A stretch of 64,000 bases of DNA from Octopus bimaculoides (GCF_001194135.2 NC_068990.1:14515997-14579996), one strand, 5' to 3'; shown: positions 24,523 to 37,653, counted from the first letter of the stretch. Numbers and translations: made by a program. The notes: generated by a model from the sequence alone, not told the origin.

Positions 24523-24601
24523 GGGCTTCTTTCAGATTCCATAATCGAAATCCCTTCATAGAATGACTTTAGTGGATTCTGTGATAAAACATTATACTCA
24601 C

Positions 24602-24700
24602 TGGTGGACATGTTGTTATGGCACAAGTCTTCTTACATATAGCATCCTGTGATTTACATTGGCATTTTATGCAATCATTTACTTGCCAAGTATCACCATC
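24602..24700 (-). CDS. Exon 24: VWC-like core
   Basis: tcttcag|...|gtgagt; DGDTWQVNDCIKCQCKSQDAICKKTCAITTCPP; phase 0/0. Confidence 0.92.
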
Positions 24701-25199
24701 CTGAAGAGATAATTGGAATATAAACAGAAAAAAAATATATATATATATTTACATATCAGCGCGGTAATATAAAGACATAAATCAAGAATAATTATTTTCA
24801 AGGTGTGCTTCTAAAATACTATTATTTAATCACATAAAGGAGGGAAGCACACACCTGGCACACCTAGAATATACACCCCTGGCCATCTTCATGTTCTGAG
24901 TTTAAATTCCACCAAGGCTGACTTTACCTATGATTTCTATTTTACTCAGGTAGGCCCTCATAGCTATTCAATGTTTAAAAAAATCCTTATATTTATTATA
25001 ATTAAATATTATTAGGAAATGTATGAAAAAAATTGTTAAAATATTTCGTGTATTGTAGAAATATAAGCAATTTATTGCAGATAGCTTTTAACAACAAAGT
25101 CTTATATGGACTCCAAGGGTATTATGCACCCCGGTTGAGAACCATTGAACAAAATGAAGAGATTATACAGAGCAAAAGATATAAACATAATTTGCTTAC

Positions 25200-25387
25200 A
25201 TCATGAATGGTTCCATTGAATAAACATTTGCAATCTTTTTCATCCGACCCATCTCCACAATCGACAATCCTGTTACAACGATGATGGTGGGGCAAACATT
25301 GGGAACAATCATGACAAGGGAATGTCCCAGATGGACAATAACAGTTATCACTGGTGGTAGTAGGAGCTGATGGTGCTATAGTGGTTT
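25200..25387 (-). CDS. Exon 23: Thr linker, LDLa domain, VWC-like start
   Basis: ttttcag|...|gtaagc; CPSGTFPCHDCSQCLPHHHRCNRIVDCGDGSDEKDCKCLFNGTIHD; phase 1/0. Confidence 0.92.
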
Positions 25388-25759
25388 CTGAAAACAAAGT
25401 AAAATTACAGTCAGACAAAAAACAAAAAAAAAAAATTGGTCTCATTTTCGACAAGGCACAAAAGACTCTGCACTTAAAAAAGATGAAGAAATTCGATGTG
25501 ATGCTGATACATTTTGATCTGAGTGCAAGGAAAACATTTGAAAAGATGTCAAAAACTTGAACATCTAGGAATATTCAAAGGGAAGCAAGAAAAAGGTGTC
25601 CAGCCATAGAAACCACACCAAATCAAACGCTGAAGAACATGCAGTCCTTAGACCCATATGGATATTAAATGATGAGTGTGTGTGTGTGTGTGTATGTATG
25701 CATGTATGTGTGTGTGTATACATGTATAGCTTTGTGAACAGTTCAGAAATATAACTTAC

Positions 25760-25808
25760 TTGGAACACATGAGCAACATTCATCTGGAGGAGAAACCAGC
25801 TCAAAACC
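25760..25808 (-). CDS. Exon 22: VWC-like end
   Basis: ttcttag|...|gtaagt; GFELVSPPDECCSCVP; phase 0/1. Confidence 0.88.
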
Positions 25809-26359
25809 CTAAGAAAAAAGAAACAAGGAAAAGAAAAAATAATTTGGTGTAAACAAAATTAAACATATAATATATAATTCAATGAACAAATTTTAAAATA
25901 TCCTTTATATATAAATGTCTTGACTAATGACTGACATAATTCATTATTAAAAGAAATTCACTTTCAGCTGCGACCAAATATTGATGCATGCTGGTGTGGA
26001 AGCTTTTTCATGGTCACTTGATCTGCTAGAAACAGCAATGAAATTTATGTATTGGATTTTGGGGGACCCCAGATAAGGCTTAGCTTTTAAATTTGTGAAT
26101 TGAAGCAAGAAATACATTGGAAAGTGGAAACAGGACCAAAAATACATGTGAGTGCATGTGTTTGTGTTTGTGTGTGTGTATGTATTTGCATATTTTTATA
26201 TGTGTTTGTGTGCATGTTTTTGTGTGTGTGTCTATGTCTGTGTCTACTTCAGATCTGTCTTCAACATATGAATTCACACCAAGAATCCTACAAACCAAAT
26301 ACAAGAGCAAAGATTCATAACAACAGTACGGAACAATTATGTTTATAACTTAATTGTTC

Positions 26360-26520
26360 ATCTGTCTTTACGTTCTGAGTTCAAATTCTGCCAAGGTCGA
26401 CTTTGCCTTTCATCCTTTCGGGGTTGATAAATTAAGTACCAGTCGCATACTGGGGTCGATCTAATTGACTGGCACCCTCCCCAAAAATTTCAGGCCTTGT
26501 GCCTAGAGTAGAAAAGAATA
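26360..26520 (+). mobile_element. tRNA-derived SINE family A (5'-truncated copy)
   Basis: ttctgagttcaaattctgccaaggtcgactttgcctttcatcctttcggggttgataaattaagtaccag...; many copies in the window. Confidence 0.8.
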
Positions 26521-26606
26521 TAACTTAATTCTGAATTTTAAAGCTTTTTAATTACTATTTATTTATCTAGTGTAGAGAAAATGTTCTGAAAACGGATATA
26601 ACTCAC

Positions 26607-26717
26607 TTCAGCACAAGATTCCAAGTTGCAAATATGTACACACTCCAATGTACAGTTGTATTCATATACACATTCTTTGTTGCATTCTTCACCTTTCTGA
26701 ATAAATTTCTCATGTGG
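26607..26717 (-). CDS. Exon 21: VWC-like core
   Basis: tatacag|...|gtgagt; PHEKFIQKGEECNKECVYEYNCTLECVHICNLESCAE; phase 0/0. Confidence 0.88.
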
Positions 26718-27897
26718 CTGTATATAAATATATAGAAAAATAAGCAGAAATTTAGTTGGAACTAGAAGGAAATTTGAAAATATTTTTAATGTTTAGCATG
26801 AAAGATAGTTAACTGATGTTAAACAGGAATTTATGGATTTTAGTTCACCTAAATATTAAGCATTTAAGGAATGACAAGGATAATAATTAATAAAACAATT
26901 AATAACAAAGTGGTGGATAAAGACCATGGTAATGATGAGGAAGAACAGGGGATGGATGAGAGTCATCATCATCATTATCATTCAACATCTGTTTTCCATG
27001 CTAATGTGGGTTGGATGGTTTGACCCGAGGTGGTGAGGCCAGGAGCTAGACCAGGATCTATTGTCTGTTCTGATATGGTTTCTATAGCTGGATGTCCTTT
27101 CTAACGCCAACCACTTTACAGAGTGTATTGGGTGCTTTTTACATAGCACCAGCACCAGTGCTTTTTACATGGCACATTAAAAATTGTGGTACTAGTGATG
27201 ATGGTGATAGTGACATGATGACGATGGCTCTTGACAACAGCCATATATCAGGAATTGCTAGATGAGGCTCTTGTCAAAAGATAGCACATGCCCCCATTCC
27301 TTATTTCGATAGGGAATGGGGGCACATGTTACCATCAGCTGATGCAACTTTCCTTTGGGATTGGGGTGCTATTTCCTGAGGAAGATTAGTTTGGTGCCTA
27401 AACAATTGAAGAATGCCATGAAAAAGATAAAAACTAACTTAAGGTGACTGTATTTGATAAGAGTCCACAGACAGAACCCTACTGCAGGTGAAGATTAATT
27501 CAGTCCTTGCTGGTGAACTCAGGCCGAGCATACAAGCTAAGGGGTGAAACACTAATGACCCTAACATATCTGTTTATGATACATAAAAAGTTTCCAACTT
27601 TAGAATGGATTTAATTGCTGTCAGGAGAAGAGCTTGCAATAATTTAAGTAGCCCCTGCAGTTTCTACATGGAACAAACCATCTTGTATGTTTATTTCTTC
27701 ACATCATCATGATGAAAGTACCAGACAAGAGAAAAGAGAAGAATAGTAAGACATATAGTTCACTTTAAGTATTTTGAAATAATGTTAATACTAGCTTTGA
27801 TGATAGAGGCAGATGTTTAAATTTGTAAATTTATCTAACCCACATGGAAGCAAAAATGTTAACAAAATGAAGAAGGCTAAAAGAGAGAACATCTTAC

Positions 27898-28004
27898 CTT
27901 GAATGGATGGTTTCCTTTATCATCAGTACATACACAGGTTTCTTCCTTTATACAAAAGCCAGTGGCATTATATATCATACCCTCAGTACATTGACAGCAA
28001 TAAC
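27898..28004 (-). CDS. Exon 20: TIL end / VWC-like start
   Basis: ttttcag|...|gtaaga; YCCQCTEGMIYNATGFCIKEETCVCTDDKGNHPFK; phase 1/0. Confidence 0.9.
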
Positions 28005-29081
28005 CTGAAAAATATGATAGAATAATAAACTTTCCTTTTGTTGCATCATTGTCTACACTTCCACTTCTCAATATCAATGTGCATTCTAAGGAGGCAAGCT
28101 AGCAGAATCATTAGCATGCAGGGCAAAATGCCTAGCAGCATTTCATCTGCCTTTACATTCTGAGTTCAAATTCCACTGGGGTCAACTTTACCTTTCATCC
28201 TTTCAGGGTTGATAATATAAGTACCACTTGAGCAATAGAGTTGGGTAATCGATTTACTCACAAACCCGAAATTGCTGGCCAAGTGCCAAAATTTGAAACC
28301 GATACTAATATGTTCCCTCTCTCTCACTCTCTGTCTTTCTCTCGATTTTCCTCTCTCTCTCTCTCTCTCTTTCCCTCTACTCCCCACCCTCCTCAGCATG
28401 GCTGAGTTTGTTTTTGTTGCCACATTGGTTTTGCATTCTATCTCACTCCATAGAATCTTAATCAAGTGTCTTCTGCATAGAACCTTGACCAAGTGCCTCA
28501 AGTTGACCAATGTCTTGTGAGTGGATTTGGTGGATGGAAACTGTATAGAAGCCCAGTGTGTGTGTGTGTAAAAGAGGAAAGTGTCCATTGTCTTTTTTAT
28601 TAGCATAGACAGAAAAGATAAGACAAAAGCTCTTACTTTTTTAATGGCACAATCAGAAGGAGGATAACATCCATTACCATTTTAATGGCATAACCATATA
28701 AAGAAGACAAAAAGCAGCACCTTTGGATTTCTGTGTATGGCTTCTAAGTCTTTGGTAAGGATAAACTGTAAATCATATTTTGCTGCAATAGGAAACAATG
28801 CACCAGGGTGCAGATCTATTCTCTGACTTGAGAGCTGGTTTGTACACTTGCAACAAAGTGAACTTTGCTAATGGCATCCAATTTGTTTATCAAACTGGTG
28901 TCAAACCAGATGGAAATTCAGAGTATACAGAAACAAAACTACTGCAATGCATATATCCAGCATTGCATTCTTTCTGTCAATTTGCTGTTTTATCTCTAGA
29001 AGCAAATTTTCAATAGATACAAAGCTTAAAAAAGCAAAATAAGTAAAAAAAACAAAAAAACAAACAATAGTATTGCAATAC

Positions 29082-29379
29082 CTGAGCTGTCAATTTGATC
29101 AGCTTTCACTTTGCATTCACGTCCAGCAAGGATATCTTCACAAGTTGGTGTACAGCGGCATATGTCATGAATTTCATTCGGTTTGTCACAAAGAGAAGTT
29201 GTTGTTGATGACAAAGTCGATGTATGCGGTGTAGTCAATAAAGGCCTCTCACAACCATTAAGAATCAGTTGGACTGTGTACACTTTCTCTGTACTTACCA
29301 AAGGTTCTAGTAGAACAATTTTCAAAGCTCTGATGAAGGTTTTCGGGGGAAATTTATACAGTACATCTCCTGTAAAGTA
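29082..29379 (-). CDS. Exon 19: discoidin-like 1 C-terminal part, Thr linker, TIL start
   Basis: ttttgcag|...|gtattg; YFTGDVLYKFPPKTFIRALKIVLL...VQLILNGCE...CDKPNEIHDICRCTPTCED; phase 0/1. Confidence 0.87.
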
Positions 29380-29900
29380 CTGCAAAATTCAAATATATAG
29401 TAAGTTAGATAAATTGATGAAAAAAAAAATTCTCAGACAGGGGTTCTTGAATAATAAAATAATAATAAAATGTTCTTTTTTTATGAGGTTTTGTGGTTTT
29501 AAATTTTTTTCTTTATCCATACACATACAATTATATATANNNNNNNNNNNNNNNNNNNNNNNNNNNNNNNNNNNNNNNNNNNNNNNNNNNNNNNNNNNNN
29601 NNNNNNNNNNNNNNNNNNNNNNNNNNNNNNNNNNNNNNNNNNNNNNNNNNNNNNNNNNNNNNNNNNNNNNNNNNNNNNNNNNNNNNNNNNNNNNNNNNNN
29701 NNNNNNNNNNNNNNNNNNNNNNNNNNNNNNNNNNNNNNNNNNNNNNNNNNNNNNNNNNNNNNNNNNNNNNNNNNNNNNNNNNNNNNNNNNNNNNNNNNNN
29801 NNNNNNNNNNNNNNNNNNNTTTAATGGATATTATATATTTATTTAATGGCCAAGGATTATTAAAGAAGAAAATAATAACCAGCAGAAATGTGCTTTTCAT

Positions 29901-29931
<31 letters not shown>

Positions 29932-31009
29932 TGCACGCACGCACACACATTGCTAAGAAAATCTTAAGTGAGTTGAACAGCGGAAAGTCTTCGGAGAAGG
30001 GACCCACCTCAGCCAAGTATTTCGACCCTTGGCCTCTTACACACTGAGGGGCCAGGCTGCATCCAGATCATAACTCCTGGATGCCCTTCTGCTGACACTG
30101 TTAGCCATTTGGATATCAGATACTTCTGCATTTAAACTGCTTGGAGATTTCATCTAGTTGGAACTCCTTTCCACTGACATAGCTTTCAAACTTATACTTG
30201 TCATGGTAAATACACACACACAAACAAACACACATAGTATAAAGAGGGAGTTGAATTAAGGGGCAATGCACAGCTGAATCTTTGATACATAAAATGTAGC
30301 CTGACCCAGAAAGTAAAGGTTGTTTGCATAACCATCATGGGAAATTATCCTGAGAATATTTGACAAAGAAATCCAGAGGCTAATAATTCTAGTAGAATGC
30401 AAGAAATATTTAGATTTCTTTAATGAAAGTACTACATTTATTCATGTATATTGCACATTTTTCTACCAAATTTTTAACCCCCAAAATATGATAAAGCCAA
30501 ATTTTACTAATATTTTCATAACCATATTTGGGATAGCATGTTACATTTATTGTCCAAGTTGACAGGTGTATAATAAAGAAATTTAAATCATTATAATAAT
30601 GTTACATATTTTTATGATATTATTAATACATTAAATATTCATTGTATTTCCTGTATCCCTGTAAGATTATATGACTCATTGTTTTTTTTTTTATTTCTTA
30701 CTGTCTTAGAAACAGATTAAAATGATTCAGAGATAAAATTTAAAACCAAAAGCAGAAACAAATGATAAAATTAACTTGATTTCTGTTTATATGCCATCAT
30801 GTACACCACTTTATGTATATATATGTATATATATTCTGCCACACATTTTGTATTTCAGTAATCTAGCACACAAAAGCATTCCAATTACGACCACTCAATT
30901 TAATATGTCTTTTATCATTTATCTTTTATTTGTTTCAATCATTAGTCTGCAGCCATGCTGGGCCACTGCCTTGTAGAATTTTAGCCGAATGAATTGACCC
31001 CAGAACTAA

Positions 31010-31048
<39 letters not shown>

Positions 31049-31511
31049 GCTGGATAAGTTGATGGCATTTGTAATAAGAGAGTTATATATAGCTTTATCC
31101 ATAAACATTATTGGTTTCATTGAAGGTGCCTCTCTGGCACCTTCGTCTTTATTTAATATCATTTTAGTTGCTGTGTTTAAAAGACATAAAACTTGTCTGC
31201 CTGCCTCATGGTCTCAGTGGATGAAATGGAAAAGGTGTTGCTCTGGAGGATTTTGTTTCCTTATTTGTTTGATGGGATTGAAAAACAGCCTCAACATTAT
31301 CATTTAACCTGCAAGAACTAGCAACCAAATTACCCTCAAATCACACTATGTTGTATTTAAAAAAAGAAGGCACTTTGGAAAATTTAGTTCTAGAGAGACT
31401 TTATCTGAAAGAAAACAATGGAATGGATACAGCTAGAATATTTTTGCGCAACAACAAAGTCAAATTTGAAAAATATCATAAAAACTCAGTATACAATGGA
31501 AAACAACTCAC

Positions 31512-31813
31512 AGACTCTTCTTTATTCTGGTCCACAGCAGCCCATTCTTCATTATCTTTAGTCTTAATAAAAACTGCATATTTCTTGGCATTTGTTACAA
31601 GCTTTTGACTAAGTACTTCAACAAGTGGTTCATCATCTGTAGCCACAGTGACAATAAGTAAAGGATGCAACACTAAATCAACTGGAACGGCCCAACCAGG
31701 TCTGTTAACTCTGGCATCAGAAGCTATGCCTACTTTAGTTGGGTAGCCTTGTATTCGCTCATCAGGTATCAAAAGTGGATCCATAGATGACATCCAATCC
31801 ACAACAATACATT
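31512..31813 (-). CDS. Exon 18: degenerate discoidin/FA58C-like domain 1, N-terminal part
   Basis: ttgtag|...|gtgagt; CIVVDWMSSMDPLLIPDERIQG...ARVNRPGW...YAVFIKTKDNEEW; phase 1/0. Confidence 0.88.
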
Positions 31814-31969
31814 CTACAATGCAAATGTAATACATTATCACAAATTTCAGAATAATAGGTACAGATAATAAGTGGTAAAGTTATTTTCAGGATGTTGTTC
31901 AATCAATTCAATGGTGATCAAATGTTTGTACATTATCTCTAACTTTGCATTGTGTTTTTAATAGACATT

Positions 31970-32415
31970 TAACCCTTTCACATTTAAACCAGCCATAATC
32001 AGCTCAAATATTCTACCTTATGTTCAAACTAGCTAGATCTTTTCTCTTCTACAATACCATCATACTGTACAGGGTGTCCACAAAGTCTGGGTACATGGAG
32101 TAAATAAAATCATAGCATAAACAATTAAATATAAGAAATAATAATTTCTTAAAGTATGTGTTAATCCCCACGTGGGTACATGGAGTAAATAGAATCATAA
32201 CATAAACAATTAAATGTAAGAAATAATAATTTCTTAAAGTATGTGTTAATCCCCATGTACCCAGACTTTGTGGACACCCTGTACAATATCATTCTAAAAA
32301 TAAACAATCACATCATCAAAATCTCAAACCTACAAGATAATGCATGAGTAATTCAAAACAATGAGAATTAATAAGCATTACATTAGACAGAGTAATCAGA
32401 ATGGTAAAGGATTAA
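31970..32415. mobile_element. piggyBac-like MITE interrupted by the Tc1-type MITE
   Basis: ttaaccctttcacatttaaaccagcc... continues after 32283 to ...aatggtaaaggattaa. Confidence 0.75.
32070..32281. mobile_element. Tc1/mariner-type MITE with internal ~85-bp tandem duplication
   Basis: Perfect 29-bp TIR cagggtgtccacaaagtctgggtacatgg; TA duplication on both sides. Confidence 0.9.
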
Positions 32416-32558
32416 TTCTCAGTCCAACACTGCTGAACTATAAATATGTACTACAGGATGGTGTAATATGCAACTGTAGACAGAGTGAGCACTGTATAAA
32501 TTGATGAATATTTTGTTAGTGTACAGTTACAAGTTCAATTTGTAAAAAGAATTCAAAC

Positions 32559-32730
32559 CTTCAGGTGTAGTTGATGGTACTGATGGGTATGTTTGCAGGG
32601 AGGGAGATATTGTCGTTTGTGTTCCGTTTAATGTCACAAAGGTTGTTGGTGTTGTTACATATGGTGATGTGGTAGTTATTGGTACACACTTAGGACAACA
32701 TTCTCCAGCAGGAGTCATGAGTTCCAAACC
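32559..32730 (-). CDS. Exon 17: VWC-like end and PTS
   Basis: ttacag|...|gtttga; GLELMTPAGECCPKCVPITTTSPYVTTPTT...STTPE; phase 0/1. Confidence 0.88.
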
Positions 32731-33334
32731 CTGTAAATAAAGTAGTAAACTGCTTTTACTCCACAGATTAAAAAGCATACAACAATAAATATATTTGAAA
32801 AGCTATCATAACATGATAATACTTGTGAATGCTGACCTAGGTCACATTGTCGCTGTTGCTGTTTGGCTCTCGGTCAGCCCTGATTGAACAGACCCAAGGT
32901 CAACAACCTGAAAACCATAACTCATAACCATTCAATGGAGAGCTCTGGTGGACCTGGTCAGCTTTACTCATGATGATGTCTTTGGGGTCACTCACCTGGG
33001 ATGACCCCAGCTCCATCAAGTAAGAGTGTTTGTGTATGTGAAAGTGTGTGTGTGTGTGTGTGCGTGCATGCATGTGTGCTTTTGTGTTTGTACTTGTCCA
33101 GCACACAGCCTAACAAACAGTGTTGGCTTGTTTATATAATCCCTGTAACTTAGCAGTTTGACAAAGGAAACTGACAGAATAAGTACCAGGCTTATAAACA
33201 AGTACTAAGTGTCAGTTCATTCAACTAAACTCTTCAAGGTTGCAGTTCAATTACTGAAACAGGTAAAAGATATAAGATAAAGTTAATTAGCTCTCACTTA
33301 TTCTTAATTTAGTAATTAAAAGAATTATACTTAC

Positions 33335-33430
33335 TGGAGGACAAGTTATACTACCACAGCTATTTCTACATGTAACTGTGTTATTGGAACATTCACAACG
33401 GTCACATCCTCGGTCCCAGCTTTCATAAGC
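33335..33430 (-). CDS. Exon 16: VWC-like core
   Basis: tttttag|...|gtaagt; AYESWDRGCDRCECSNNTVTCRNSCGSITCPP; phase 0/0. Confidence 0.9.
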
Positions 33431-35258
33431 CTAAAAAAAATTGTACATTAAATTTTGCTTCAATATATTTTGAAATCATTGGCTTTCACTGGCTTTTGTT
33501 TTATAGACATCAAATTAAACAAGAAAACAAAGCTGAAATCTTAGAATTCCACCAATCTTCAACAAGAGGCCATTCACCTGAGATATTTAAGAAGTGTTGC
33601 AACATAATTACAAAGCAGCAAGTTTTCTTCTTACACAGAAAACATGCTAATTGGAATCAGTTGTCCAGTATGGATCGGTATTGATTTAAGACAAACAATC
33701 AATTAATGAACATTAATTGTGTGGGAATATAATTTTTAAGTCTTGATTTAAAAGACTTTTCATTGAAATAATTTTCCCAAACATAGAACAGCAAACTTGA
33801 AAATTGAAGTATGATAATATATAGTTAATTACATATCTTTCCTTTAATGCAATTATGGTCAAATACTTTTTTTAATCTGATTCTAGACAATTTAAATAAA
33901 TATCTAAATTTAAGCATCTGATGGGAGATTTGACAATATACCATGTTTGATGGTGAGTAAGAAGCACTTTTAGCAAAGAAAAAATTGTCTCAAAAGAAAT
34001 CACCCCAAGTCCTAAATGCAAAGTTGCACCTCCCATAAGTTAATTTTGTGTTTTAATGCACAAAAACTTTTTTCCTTTGAACATGCAATGCCGGTGCATC
34101 ATTTATGCCTTCAAATTCAGTAACTGTGTTTTAAAAATTAAGCAATACATCATAGGGAAAATGGATTAACATCAAGTATAATGATATTCATTTACACTGC
34201 CCTGCATACATTTTTGGATTACAATTTTCAAAAGAAAGCTTTTAGACTGAAATTTCTATTACTACTTAGTTAATACTGTTTACCTATATTAGAAAGTATG
34301 TAATCTGACCAGAGAAAAACTGACTTTGACTACAGTAAATGACTTTCAATTAGGTTGATGTCACAAGAATTTAACCCTTTTGATACCAACATGCCTGAAA
34401 TTGACCCTGGTTATATGATACAAATTCCATTTTAAAATTATCTAAATTAAAATTTTCCATTGAAATTCCATTTTAGTTTATGTTCCTAACACCAGTTTAA
34501 TTATGAGTTATTTTTCTGAAGTCTTTATTATTCTGATAATTAATTGAAACATAAGGTGGGAAAAAACCATAAAGCTAGGCATTAATTTGAGGAGTCAACA
34601 GTTTTAGAGATTTCACTGCCTTAATTCTAGAAATAATTCTGTAACATATGAGTTAAATAAGCAGACGTATTTCTAGGAATAGTAATAACAAGAAAGGATG
34701 AAGGTAAGCTTAGTAAGTGGTGTTAATGATATGCTTGTTATTGATGTTAGTGTTGTAAGTGATGACAATGCTGTTGCTAATGTTGGTGATACTCACACTT
34801 CCTGAAGTCAGAAGGACTGATCATCTGTTGTTTGGATGCTTGTGATTATGGAAGGTCAAACATTTATATATTAATCTGAAGCATTTGATTAATGCTTTTG
34901 TCACCATATTTCCATTGAAATACACTACACTTAATCATTACTAAGATGATGTTTAGAACATTAATTAACATGAAATTTTGGAGGCAGATTTTAATTTCAA
35001 TCACCATAAACTAAACAATGTTTCTATCACAGCACCCAGGGCAGTCTCAGACATATCTATATCAAAAGGATTTATAAATAAATATTTTTCCTATTATTCA
35101 TAACTTTGGGCATTATTGAAGATAGTGGGTAATAACAATGAATATAGTAAATATGATGCTTAAGATGATCTTTATCATTACGATGATGATCATGTTCATC
35201 ATAATAATGTAATGATAGTGTTGGTAGAGGTGATTATGTTATTATTGGTAAGTCATAC

Positions 35259-35356
35259 CTCTCGTGTTACATTATTCACTTCATCTTTGCAACTGCACAT
35301 GAGTTCTTTAACAGGACCAGTAGGACCTATAGAGAAGCCTGGTGCTAAATCACAAC
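35259..35356 (-). CDS. Exon 15: start of VWC-like module
   Basis: ttacag|...|gtatga; CDLAPGFSIGPTGPVKELMCSCKDEVNNVTRE; phase 1/0. Confidence 0.85.
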
Positions 35357-36892
35357 CTGTAAATAAATAAAATAGCAAAGGAATTATTACTTTTTCTGTT
35401 TATGGACTCTACCTGAAATATCTAGATTTTCTTCTTCCCCACAGCAAACAAAATTATTCCTTTTTGGCACTTTTACTTTTTAATATTTGCCAACAGAAAC
35501 CATCGCTAGTTTCTTCAAATTCTATTGCTTAACTTTTTCAATAGAAACATTGATTACTTTCGATAAGGTACAAGGCTAATTATTTTAAATCTCATGCTGG
35601 ATTTTAGGAGATTGGTCAGTCCTAACATTCTTGTAGCACTTATTACATCTATTTTGGAATTTGGGGAGTTAAAAATATCATGTCAGGTGAGATGTAAAAC
35701 TAAGTATCTATGAAACAACAGGTTCAGTGTTTCAACATAATGATTTCCTGCATTGGAGCCAAATCATAAATGAACACAGAAAAGGTAGAAACATATCGAC
35801 TTGATGCCAGCATATGACTAGTAGTTGTTATATAAAACCCAGAGGAATGAATGGCATAGCTGATATCCAGCAATATTTTAACTCAAAATGTAGAAAGATG
35901 AAACTAAATTATTAATAATATATAGTCCAGTTCTCTCTGTTTTCTGATACTTAACTGCTCTCTTACGTATTACCTCATGAACTAAATTTCACCTCATTAA
36001 CTAAATTTTATAAACTAGTGATTTGTTTATTTTTCTACATTTATTTCATAACACAATCAGTGACATTGGTTACAAGTTTACAATAGGGTAATCTCTTCAC
36101 TGGTTCACAGCATTTTTGATGAGGAAGGTGACAAAAAGATGTCTACAACTCAGTACAGAACAAACATCACAAGTGTGTTTCATTCAAAAATGGGAAGTTT
36201 CTCATTGAGGTTTCAACACAGTCTTTATCAACCAAATAACCTTCACAAGACACTAGTCAATATGAAGCCCCATATCTAGGTACTGCTACTTATTTTATAG
36301 TCCTCAGATATAAAAGACAAAAAAAGACTTTTGCCAAAAACAGGATAGCTACCATTCAATGAAGCTATGCTCTTAATAAAATATTACTTCATTTAACCAT
36401 AGTTATAGAAATAATAAGAACCACTTGGGACTCAAATCTGCTTTTGATGAGCATGCTTAACCCTTAAACATTCAGATTTCTTCGTCAAATGTAATGTTTA
36501 TTTATTCACATTATTTTGATTTAACGATGCATTATCTGGTAGTTTTGAGATTTTGATGATGTGGTTCTTTATTTTTAGAATGACATGTAAACATTAGCAG
36601 GATTGGAAAACGAAGAGGAAGTTCTACCAGAGTTTCTCTGCTTAAGTCTAAGTTTAGAATAGTAGCCAAAAAACGAAGAATTGCATAACTAAACACTCAT
36701 AGAATAGTAACTTAAGTAGTTACTTTGTTCAGTTTGTCTGGCACAAAAAACAATTCACTGGTAGATTAACTGGTACTTAAGTAAGTAACTAGCAATAAAC
36801 CATTCAACTATCAGTAATAAAAATAACAAAGTAATTACTTCAATAACTTTACATTTCAAGGTATAATTCATTTTAATATCCCTAGTTGAAAA

Positions 36893-37342
36893 ACAGCAGT
36901 GAGCTGGCAGAATTGTTAGCATGCTGGGAAAAATGCTTAGCAGCGTTTCATTCATCTTTACATTCTGAGTTTTGAATTCCATCAAGGTCGACTTAGCCTT
37001 TTATCCTTTTGAGGTCAATAAAATAAGTACCAGCAGCGCACTGGGTCAATGTAAGCAACTACCTCACCTCCTAAAATTTCAGGCCTAATGTCTATAGTAG
37101 AAAGAAATGTTCCTAGTTGAAGAGTGGTGACAAGCTGGCAGAATCATTACCATACCAGAAAAATTGCTTAGCAGCATTTCTTACGATTTTATGTCCTAAG
37201 TTCAAATGCCATCAGGGTTGGTTTTGCCTTTCATCCTCTTGGGGTCGATAAAATAAGTACCAGCTGAACACTGAGGTCATTCTAATGAACTTACCCCCTC
37301 CCCCGAGCTTGCTGGCCTTGTGCTAAAACTTCAAACCAATAT
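36893..37342 (+). mobile_element. Two tandem SINE family A copies
   Basis: gagctggcagaattgttagcatg...gagttcaaat...gataaaataagtaccag, twice. Confidence 0.75.
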
Positions 37343-37653
37343 TTCTAGTCAAAAAATATTTTTCATCGGAAGACGATGCAACGTTTATATCAAAATAAGC
37401 TTTGATTAGAGAAATATTTCAAAGAGAAAATTTTAAAGCAACACCAACCTTCAACACAAGGATAAGTTTCATTTTTTATACATCCCTCTGGTGGTGCTAC
37501 TGAATGACAGAAACTTTCACATTTCTTCTTACAAGGAGTTTTGATGTAAGGATATTTGCACTCTGCAAAAAGACATAAGACAATGATAATATATTAATTA
37601 TGTCAACATTTATATTTTTATACAAAACAAATATATTTTGGAAATCAGATGCA

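Noticed and set aside
32104-32255. Direct repeats with a short spacer (CRISPR-like look)
   Set aside because: Only two copies, inside a TA-flanked MITE in a eukaryotic intron
34690-34796. Thr/Ser-rich reading (SPTLATALSSLTTLTS...) resembling a PTS exon
   Set aside because: No acceptor in the right frame; looks like a decayed (CAA/CAT) low-complexity tract
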